Source: Toensbergia leucococca
Lineage: Eukaryota
NCBI GenBank assembly: GCA_022813965.1
Contig: JALDZS010000024.1
Coordinates: 124,001-187,626, forward strand
Reading direction: 5' to 3'
DNA: 63,626 nucleotides
The position numbers were made by a program, and so were the translations under genes. Under the pieces are notes generated by a model. The model searched no databases. It saw only the letters and a program-made list of their open reading frames with translations, and had not been told where the DNA came from. This document shows, piece by piece, positions 48,405 to 63,626 of the stretch. The stretch's first letter is position 1. Every line of letters starts with the position of its first letter.

Positions 48405-48431
48405 ATTGCTGCGTAAGCGGATATTTAGTAA
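48287..48431. promoter_or_regulatory. Cluster of Yap1/AP-1 response elements upstream of YCF1
   Basis: TTACTAA 48319-48325, TTAGTAA 48339-48345, TTAGTAA 48425-48431 and variant TGACTAA 48287-48293. Yeast YCF1 is an established Yap1 target. Confidence 0.65.
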
Positions 48432-48590
48432 GCAGACTCAGATTCCGTATGTGCGGTTGAGTATTAGTTCTACCGTATTAGCGCCCGTTGGATAAAGTAT
48501 GCTCAGCCTTACGCCCCACTGCCCCAAATCCAGTAATGACCACCCGAGCCACCCTCTGCCCAGTCCCCTCCCATAACGCAATTCTCGAGC

Positions 48591-53694
<5,104 letters not shown>

Positions 53695-55629
53695 AGCCTG
53701 TGTTTAGCTGTAGTATGAAGATCACGAATGACTTGCATCAAGCGTGGCGTTCCATGACTTTTCAAGCATTTGGCGGTGTGGCATTGGGCGCGCGTGCCCT
53801 GTTTCCTTTTTTTCTTTTTGATTTCCATTTCACATTTGCCTGCATGCTTTGACACTAGAGTACGGAGTACAGCAGCTAAAATTACTGTGTGGCAGAAATC
53901 CGGTACTCAGGGGAAAGGACACGATCAGCGTAAATCCCTCAACCGCTAAGCCATCATGTTCAACGGGTAGAGCGTACAACCAAGCTATAACAATCAACGC
54001 TCTATAGCATGTGCGTCGAAGCCACGACGAACAGAGGCACTCTCAAGCTGTGTTTGTCTACTTATGAGTGATAGAAATACTGGTGGCGTAAATGTTTAGC
54101 TGTGTTTAGTGAGTTAGCATTGCGCATACTGGTGTCGATCTCGGGATGGCTTTGGGAACAGGGCTTTGTCGTTCGTTCGATCTCGTTCAATGAGTGCCAA
54201 GGGGTCGGACAGATTAGATATGAGGTTTGATCGTCGTTGATGCGCTGTTGTTGCATGATTTGTCCCTACAACGCGCGCGTGTTTGAATTGGAGGGAGGTC
54301 GAGGGGGCGAGGTTGGATTACACTTGGCGGTTGCAATAGGTGTGCTGGACTAAGGTAAGTAAACCCTATGTTTGCTTGGGTGTCATGCATGAGAGCATGA
54401 GACGACTTGAAAGTCTCTGCTCTAATCACTCATCCTGCATCGAGGGCCAGCTCAACCCGGTTTTGACACGGGTAGACGATTCGTAGCGAGGAGTCCATCT
54501 GCAACCTAAGGCATGTTGCATCGAGTACCTAAATGGTGCAAGGTAGGAGGTGAGTGTGAACAATGTACCTGACCCTGCCTACTCACCGCGTATCTACAGC
54601 AGCTGTCAGATGATCCAACTCTGGCAGCGTGCCTCGACACACAATACTTGTACTCCTGAACGAGTGAATGCCTCCTGGTCCTGGTAATCTCGACGGCAAT
54701 GCTCGCGGTTGAGCACATCTTCCACTTTTCTCATGTATTGGGGGAAAGAGAATGTGGAACTCCTCCCCAGGAAAGGCTCCATGACTTGGCTGTTGATTGG
54801 ACGAAAGCCATTTCGGGTGTGGTCCAAGCTCGCCCACTTGGTTGCACAGCATGAGTGGCATTGAGCTTCAGACCTTTGTCCGTCGATTGGGCTATGGCAA
54901 TTGATTTATGTTTCAGCATTGTCCGATCAATTGCTTCGCTCCATGCTGCTAAACGCAAGCTTGCTGTAGCCACCCGCCGCCGTTGCCGGTGCAATGCGGA
55001 AGCAACATCGCTTGTGGAGAAGATGCACACTCTACCTAAGTATATCAGGCCATTCGCAATCACGCCCTTCCGCAGTCCCTTTCATTGCCTTCCGTCACTT
55101 CTGTTCGAGATCTTGTACTACTCCATATTTCGAGTATCGAGCTCTTTGCTTTCCTCCTCCACCCACATTTTCTCGCCATTACATCTCCCTTCCCTGCCGA
55201 TAGTCTGTGAGTACGTACCTCTCTTTCTCCAATGGCCTAGCATTGTTGCAGCTGTTCACTTCTCTCGATGCAATCAATCTTTTCATTCCCGTGGCGAAGA
55301 CATGCCATCACGTAACTTTGAAAGAAATTAAGGGCTTACTTTGACTCTCACTTAATCTTCGGCTTTCTTTAACACTACTTGATTTTTACCTATACGATTT
55401 GGATGCGTGACTCCGTTCCTTTCATGGTCCTCTAACTCTAATACGTACGTCCGGTAAGGCAGAGTGTCGCTGACTCTAACCCACCTAATGATCCTTGCCC
55501 CTGAAAATACGCTCTGTGACTCTTTGACTTGACTTCGTTGCCTTTCGTAAGCTTGCCCCGATGAAGCCTTACCTAATCAAGGCTCGCTCACGAATTTATC
55601 AGTAGACATTGCTCGTCCATCTTTCCGAT

Positions 55630-57833
55630 ATGGTACGAGTATACCCCAATCTGCCCTTGGGATCCGAGAAAAGAAGGACTGCGGCTGCTTGCGAGCCGAC
55701 ATATTCCTCGGGAGTTACGATCAAGGATTCCAGCGGTTTCTCGAGAGCAACGAATTGTCGTCGACCCACGACTCATTCAAACCGTCCATTGGTACGCACC
55801 CGCTCGACCCACCCATCCCCATCTAGTGGTCTAGTGATCTAGGCTGATGATCACAGACTACTAGCCAAGATTCAAAGAAACCCTGCAGCAATGATCAGCA
55901 AGAATGGCATTTATCAATATCCTGTGACGGCTTAGGTGGCGTTGAGTCTCAAGCTACACCTAACATGAGACCAGAGTTACTCCAACGCATCTTGAAAATA
56001 GTAGAACAAGACATGTCAAAAGGCCGATTACGAGGTAAGAAATCCCACGCTGTCAAGGAGACAGCGGTTTTTTCGCGGTATTTCTTGTTCAGGCAACGTC
56101 GTGGACTGATTATCAGTAGATTCTATCTACGAAACCCACTCGCCTGATATCTCATCGGGGAGTGAGGTCTCAAGAGCAATCCTTGATTACTCAATGAGCA
56201 CGACTGGAAAGAGGAAGCTGCCTGAAGTTCCGACTGCAGGCAAACCAAGAAAGCGAGTCAACTTGCAGGATGCCAACCGACCTACGACTCGGAGGTCAGC
56301 TACGCCAAGAGTGCGTACTGCGGAGGAGGAGGATGCATCAGATGACGAGTACATTAGCAAGGGTCAAGTACTCGAGGAGGTCAGCATTGGCGACACAAGG
56401 CGTCTGGAGGATTTCTACTCTCACATGTTTAGACAGATGAAACAGGTTCCTTGCAAAATTGTAGCCAAGGCATGGGTCAAAGTTGTTGAGCCTAGAAAGC
56501 AGACGAAACACCCCTACAATGGTAGTAAAAAAGGGAAGATTTACAAAAAAGAAATGGAATCGGAAGGGTATGTAGACATCAACTCGGGCGATGTCTGCAA
56601 ACCAGAGTGGTGGCCAAAAGAAGGATGCAGACATAAGGAGCCGGACCACATTTACAGAGACGGTATGTACTCTGCAATGATATATGCTTACTGCCGCTCA
56701 CATATGTAGCAGAGCGAATTTTGTTGTTGATTCATATTCTGCGAAACTTAAAAGATAGTCACAACATAACCTGCGATCGTTTAGAGGAGAGTTTTAACCT
56801 GGCGGATCCGGCATCTCTGCACATCGATCATACCAAAAGTGCTCGCCCAATACTTCAGGAGATATACCATGTTAGAAGTAAAGAAGAGCGGTATCTAAGA
56901 GACGAGATAGGTATGTCTGAAATGACTCGAAGATGTTTGCATGCACAGATTAACGATGCTACAGATGCAACCACTACGATCCTTCTCCCTATGCCCACTT
57001 GCCCTACTACAAACCAGAGGAGACCAGCCAAATATGGGAAAAAGAGTCTGAGCGCAAGACAGAAGTCTCGTGCATTTCCACCGGCTCAGAAATCCACGTC
57101 TTCTTCAAGAAAGCCGCAACGCCCTTTAGGTTCTACTTCGCCTCGTTCTCAAATACTAACGGAAATACAGCACCGGAGCCGGCCGTCCGCTACACCAACA
57201 GCACAATTAGAGATCAATGATGAGCCGGGTACACAGGCTCGACAGGCTCTTGCAAATATGTGTTGGGCTGATGGACCAAGTAATTGGCAGCAAGCATCGT
57301 ATGAGCCGGTGGAAAGCGGCAATTACGGGTCGCACTCATATTATTCCCACAACATGGCAAATAATGGACTGCCGGACATTGAATGTCAACCCAGAGACTT
57401 GTCCACTTCATTCGTCTCTGTTGAGCCATTTCCGATGAGCACCCAAAGGAACATGGTGCAAACAACGTGTCCCGAGCGAAAACCAGCTATCAATCGTTCG
57501 AATTGGCCCTCGCCATCTCTCAGCGCATTTGACGTCGATCCCAATAGTGCTTATGCTCCTCCACCATCTTCGTGCAATTATCAGTCATCATTCATCGGAA
57601 CGCCGCACATGTTTGCGCCGCGTCAAGAGTCTCACCTTGGGTCATCGCCACGCCGTCGAAATCAAGACGCACAGACCCAGCTTCCCTTCTCGCTCCCACA
57701 TCATCCTAGTCCACGAATTTCAGCGTCTTTCCCCGCGGGTCCAGAGAGCTATACTAGGATGGCTGGCACGGCGAAAGATGCCTCGAACGATCCAGATTGG
57801 GGGTTGTCGCAACAATATCATTCTTGGGGATGA
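55630..57833 (+). CDS. YDR124W/DUF2841-like helical-bundle protein with disordered C-terminus; about four introns (start tentative)
   Basis: FRQMKQVPCKIVAKAWVKVVEPRKQTKHPY...KPEWWP...CRHKEPDH|ERILLLIHILR. Upstream exons from ATG 55630 splice in frame to ORF 56194. Confidence 0.8.
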
Positions 57834-58719
57834 TCAGCTCCGAGTGGTACACTGCCAACCGGTTTTGCTCGCAAGGCTGAGACTGCGAAAAGTTTGTGTG
57901 ACTTGATATTATCTGCGCATCTATCAGAAGCAAGGCCTAAGCTTGGGAAGTTGGCGTTTAAATTCTTGATCCTTAATGTGGACTTTGTTCGTTTCATGGA
58001 CAATGTACCAGGGCTGGCTCCTCTGATAAGCTGGCGATAGCATCTCTTAAGCTTTTTACTTTTTATTTTTCAATTTTTCTCTGCAAGGGGTTTCAGTTAT
58101 CCTCATCAGCAAGGCAGGATGGTATTTGTATGTAAGGATTGGTTTTTGGCCGAAGCTAATTCTCTCGTTGACAAGAGCGGAGAGCTGTTGCTTGAGAGTA
58201 TTACCTAGATCCAATTGCTAAATCATTTAATACCGGTAGCATGAGGCTTGAATACTTAGATGGTGCCATATCTGATGACTGAATGAAAAGTGAATAGGAT
58301 CTAGGTATTCAATAACAGTACAAAGAGAATATCATCTTGACACAAGCACGATGTCGAGAGTGTTGACTGTTGACTGTTGACATTTGACATTCGAGGATTG
58401 TCAGGCGAGAAACGCGCTAAGCCGAAAGCCTTAAGGTACTTGCTGGCCCGCTAAGGTAAAAAACGGTATGTATCCGTACCTAGGTAGGTAAGGTGGTAAG
58501 GTACCTGCTACTAAGACTTACCTACCTATCTACCTCTTTCTAATGCACCATGACCAATCCCTTTGACTGTAAATCACAACAAAGAATACTGGCGTCTTTC
58601 TTCAACCTCTCCTGATGAAGTCTTTCAGCAATCCAATTTTATCGCCAGCTCCTAGTTACATCTCTCGGGAGCTTGATGCACTTCAATCCGCAAAGTAGTG
58701 GCTACTGGTTGCCATCATC

Positions 58720-61700
58720 ATGTCGGCACCTTCAGCACCACGAGGATCGAGGGGTGCAGGCCGTGGTCGAGTCCGCAGCAATCCTAGACCTAGGGATGGG
58801 AGGGTCGATGAAGGGGAGGCACGCTCTACTCGCCGCACATCTCCATACACACCCAGCGCCCCATCAAGGCAACGAAATCCCCCTACCAGAGCAAACGGAC
58901 TCCGCGGCAAATCATGGAGACAAGAGGCAGGAGCTTCAATACCGCAAAGTCAAGCTGATACTTCCTCCAACGTCTTTGGTCTAACATCCTCAAACGCCCG
59001 AAGCTCATCAAATGAAGCCAATACTTCATACAAAAAGCGCATGAATGATTTGTATTCAACGGTATGCGTCTCTCCACCTCAAACTACTGACTTGAAGGGT
59101 ATTCATAGTGACTTCTTGTGCTCGTTTCTACCAATAGCTCAAAGTCAATCGAGAAAGGGAGAGGAAGGATGCGATAAAGAATGGCTTTCTTGCAGATCCG
59201 GATAGGCCAACATCCTTAGCCAAGGCCATCACACCTGTAGGAACATGCCAGGATATGTGTCCCAGATTTGAACGCATCGAGAGGATTGTACAGATGATGG
59301 TTGATTCGTGCGAAAAGGTGGGCTATCAACCAAGAAAACAATCTTCTCGGAGCCGATCACTAATGAAGGCCGAGCTAGATGGCAGCTGATTCTTTGGAAA
59401 AGAAAGAGCCTTGCGAAGAGAAAATGGTCAAGCGCTTTCGAAGGTCTGCAGCTGGGTACGACGAACAACTTCCATCGGATATACGGCCACCTCTTGTGCT
59501 CCAAAAGACTCTCAACTACCTTTTTGAAGAAGTTATTGGAGGCTCGCAATCTTTAGCGACGGTTCATAAGTTTGTATGGGATCGCACAAGGGGTATTCGG
59601 AACGACTTCTCAATCCAGCAAGTCACCCAGACTGAGGACCTCCGAGTCGCGATTGACTGCTTTGAACGAATTGCACGTTTTCATATCCTTTCCCTACACC
59701 AATTGTCCAAACCCGGCATTGAAAATGGCGAATTCGATCATCACCAAGAGCGCGAACAACTGAACAATACCCTACTATCGCTAATGTACTATTACGACGA
59801 CAGCCGACACAAGCTTACCTCACCCAACGAAGCCGAATTCCGTTCATATTGTATTATCTTTGAGATCCAGGACCAACGACCGGATTTGGAAGATCGCGCC
59901 CAGAATTGGCCTAGACCATTGCTAAAAGATCAACGAATTCAAACTGCTTTCAAATTGTTTGCTGCGGCTGGAAATACATCTAATGAACAAGGGCCGTTAC
60001 GACCGCGTACCACATTTTCGATTGCCCAAGCCAATTCCGGGCAATTCTGGTCCATTGTTGAGTCTCATGCGGTTTCGTACCTCATGGCATGTGTCGCTGA
60101 GATCTATTTCCATATGGTACGGAGGACTGCTCTGGAATCGGTCTGGAAAGCCTATAGAAAAGTTAGAGTTGCAAAGGTGGTGGATTGGGTATTGGGAGAC
60201 CTCTTGGCTGTTCTTGGATTCGACAGTGAAGATCAAGCTCAGACATTTTGTGAGGAGCATGGTTTCGTAATTGGTGAAAGGGAAGACGGGGAGGCATATC
60301 TAGACGTTGGGTCTGTGAGCGGACATTATCTATCAGGTCAGTACGCACCATTCAATCTGAGAGATGCTTGCAAATGAAATGTACAGATTCGAACCCCCGA
60401 CGCAAACAAATCTTCTCGCATAATTTGGTCGAGCAAAAAAGGCTAGGACGAACGTTACCGGCGGTAATCAATGGTCTGACTGCATTCCAAGCCCAAAAAG
60501 AAGGCATGATCGACGAAGATCATTCTGGAACGGAAAACTCATCTTCGAAAGCCGGTAGCGAATCCCTTTTCATGCCTAGCGGCTCAGATGAAGAACAATC
60601 GAATTCAGAATCGAATACGACCAAGCAGAAGAAGCAATCTGATAACAGCGTTGGCAACTTTGTCAATCCATTCGGCCCTGTTCCAAATCTCAAGGAAGAC
60701 TCGACCGCCAAACCTTCCTTGTCCACACTATCAAATTCCCCCTTTGGAAAGCCGAGCATCTTCTTTCCTGGAACGGAGTCTACCTCCAACACCAACTCCA
60801 CCTCAACTTTCGCCAAACCAACTCCTTTCAGTTCTTCCCAGGACTCGCCTTCAATCTTTACTTCGGGCAATGCTGCTGCGACTAATTCTGATCCTTTCAA
60901 AACCGCAAAAACACCGAAGTTTGATTTCTTCCCTACGTCAAATACAAAAAATGAAGATTCCAACCCTTTTCCTCCGCCAATATCAAACACTTCGCCTCAA
61001 CCAAACTCGATCTTCAGTCAGCCTTCGACTTCCATACCCAAAACTACACCAAAATCACCCTACAGTTTTGGGACCTCTTCATTGTTCAACAAAGCCGTGG
61101 TAAATCCAGTGTCCAATAATGAAATCCAAGGAAGCACCGACAGCGTATCAAAAGACTCCGACCCCAAAAGGTCGACCTCCTCGTCCTCTTTGTTCCCTAT
61201 ATCGAGCAATCGGGAAACATCTTCTATTTTAACAAGTCTGCCGACGACCATTCCAGCTAAATCACCTTCATCTATTTTCTCTAGCCAAACATCATCTAAC
61301 AGTCTTTTTCCCCCTTCAACATTATCCTCGACAAATTTTCCGGCTACTTCCATACCAACGCCACCGCCTCCGTCAAGCACGTTCCCTATACCAGATAATA
61401 TTACCACGACATTGCCGCCTTCAACAATTACACCATCTTCTCATGAGAACAGCACGCTGAAGTTCCCATTTCCGCCAACTAATTTTACGATTCCCACACC
61501 CACATCTGTCGAGAACGCCGGTACTGTTTCTAAGCTAACACGTAAGCAATCATCTATTCCGACAGAGAGTACACTCCCGCCGTCGCCGTCTCTCTTTCAG
61601 CCACCGCGGTCTCCATCTACGCCAACTTTACCTCCAGTACAACAGGCCCGGGCCGGGCGTCCTAAGATAGATCCACGACCAGCAGCTCTGGAGTCGCTCT

Positions 61701-63098
61701 CCAGGAGTCTGTTGCTTGATGACGAAGGACTCTTGCAACAATTCATCGAATACTCGGTTGGTCCAATAATAAAAAGTGCATTCTCCCAGGTGAAGAATGA
61801 GCGATCCTGGAAGAAAGCGGGTCAGTGGTTTCGATGGAGACCCATATTGGGGATGTAAAGGCTGATGTAGAATAGATGAATATCGGCAAATTCTTCTTAG
61901 CAAAAAATATGTCCGTCGTTGGAGGAATAATGCTTGGAAGCTTGGACTACTACGCAAGGGCCGGGAGCGAAGGAAGAATTTTGCGCGCTCCATGCAAGAC
62001 ATGGCACACAGTGAACGACGGCCACAGAAAGATACTGACCAATCCGGCGAGGCAGGACCTAAATTGCAGGGAGGTCTCGACACGAATCAGCAACGCGCAC
62101 AAGAGCACCAAGATATGCCTCCGCCCTCGAAGCCTCGAGCTAAAAAACGAAGAAGCCTTCCCGCAGACTTTGAGCCCAGCAGATCTGAGGACTCGGACAG
62201 ATCGGCGAACAGCAAACGTCAGCGATTAGATTCAAGCCAAAATGAGAAGTCTCCCCTACCAAGACACCTCAGAGCCCACCACGAACGATCAAACACTCTT
62301 GGCAGCTCAAGCACTCGGAACCTGCTGCTTTCATCTAAGGTGAAAGCCTCAAGCCTATCCAATGACCCACGTCTCGGCGAATCCCTCATACGGCAAGCTC
62401 GACACCTTGTTTCGGGACCCACTGACACCACCCGTACGGATTACTTTCGTCTGAAAGCTATGGGCATCAATCCTGACACTCCACTCATCCCTGCCACAAG
62501 ACAAAAGCGACCAAGCAGCAACGAGGACCTTCACCCCCATAAAATCTCAAAATCCTCACCTACAAATCCTTCCTCAACAACATCAAATGCCGCTTTCCGC
62601 CACACTCTCACCCACCCTCCCAACCCTAGCCTCAACAATCCCTCTCCATCCCCCGCAGACGACGAAGACGAAGCTCTCTTTGCCGAAATTCGCCGCGTCC
62701 GCGAGGCCATGGCCGAAGGCATCTCCTGGTACCAATCCGAGCGCGCCAAGAGCGAACGCGCCACCCCCACCAGCAGTAGCAGCACCGGTGGCGGCGGCGG
62801 CAGGGAAGCCAAGCCCGAAACGGAGAAACAGAGGCGGCTGAGAGAGTGGACGAGTACGCCTTCGAGGACGGAGCAGAGGCTTCGAGCTACCGGTGCGAAG
62901 GGGCTTTTGCCGAAAGATTTCTGGACCAAGTCGAGAGGGGCTGATGGAGGGATGGGGACGCAGGACGGTACTTTGATTGGAAGGCAAGGCTTTGCTGCTT
63001 TTGATGATGTGAATAGGTTTGGGGCTGTGAGTGATGGGGGCGGAGGGAAGGGGGTGGGGGGAAAGGGCGCGAGTGTGGAGGATGCGATTGAGCTTTGA
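58720..63098 (+). CDS. SAC3: Sac3/GANP (TREX-2 mRNA export scaffold), multi-exon
   Basis: VGTCQDMCPRFER, MVKRFRRSAAG, DIRPPLVLQKTLNYL, FVWDRTRGIRNDF, FERIARFHI, NEAEFRSY; S/T/P/F-rich linker; DTTRTDYFRLKAMGI. Confidence 0.92.
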
Positions 63099-63574
63099 GG
63101 ATGCTGTACCGCTTATTTTTAATGTATTCTTTGGTTTTTTTTTGCTCTTGGAAGAGGGAATGTTTTTGAAACAGAGAGCGCTTGGTGCATGGGCTTTTGG
63201 GCATATAGCGTGGCTTGTGCTCTGTGTGGATTAGATCGTTTATAGGAGAAGGGATGCCTTGGACTGGGCTGGGCTTTTTGTACGCTTGAGATTGTAGCCT
63301 ACCTAGGTATCCGAATGTTGCACGCTGCTGAATGCGCGGGAATACCAATTTTTTTACAATTCATTTCATTAATTCGGTTGGAGAAAGCTCCGTCTATGTT
63401 TCCCCTACCTACTTCTTTGTTCCGTTGCGTGTGGTGGGCTTCGCATCCTTACTTGATCCTCCCCTCTTCCCTTTCCTCTCTCTCTCACCGCTCTTTCTGT
63501 ACGATCACGTAGAGTTTTTTATCCCGTTCCTGGTTAAGGAGTGGGAATGTTACGGGTTTTTTTGGCAAATTGAG

Positions 63575-63626
63575 CGGTGGGTTTTTTTGGGTTGGGGGGG
63601 GGGGGGGGGGGGGGGGGCGGGGGTGG
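63575..63626. repeat. T/G homopolymer tract at the window end (probable contig-end low-quality sequence)
   Basis: A run of more than 20 G preceded by T runs; no TTAGGG telomeric repeat. Confidence 0.7.

Noticed and set aside
47752..48406. Weak direct similarity AGACACCT..ACG...GAG at about 47752 and 48373
   Set aside because: Too short and divergent to support an LTR or duplication.
54506..55331. Overlapping 70-158 aa ORFs between YCF1 and the YDR124W-like gene
   Set aside because: No domains, UTR-like composition, mostly non-ATG starts.

Overview
Gene-dense, intron-containing DNA from a filamentous ascomycete (Pezizomycotina; a lichen-forming Lecanoromycete is my guess, not demonstrated). 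Most of the window is conserved housekeeping genes: UGA1/gatA, SET2, an AT-hook protein, SPT4, PPT1, POP8, ES2/DGCR14, MID1, COQ8, ureF, SIS1, RBG2/DRG2, CWC2, GCN2, a Cut12-domain protein, CDC34, a Rup1-like UBA/UIM protein, YCF1, a YDR124W-like protein and SAC3. Two accessory patches stand out. (1) About 20.7-26 kb: a low-complexity, probably mis-assembled tract; a secreted precursor the ORF track splits in two (predicted GC-AG intron, His-rich pro-region, C-terminal 6-Cys knottin-like peptide); an F-box gene; and a 1,513-bp non-autonomous TIR transposon with perfect 24-bp TIRs and an 8-bp TSD, built from a foldback MITE plus CpG-free cargo. (2) About 46-48.5 kb: a secreted, probably Kex2-processed Ala-rich protein with 11-residue periodicity, then a 145-nt symmetric hairpin carrying Yap1-type sites just upstream of YCF1. 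I found no rRNA, tRNA or CRISPR. Gene models were spliced by eye and family names come from recognising motifs, not from database searches.
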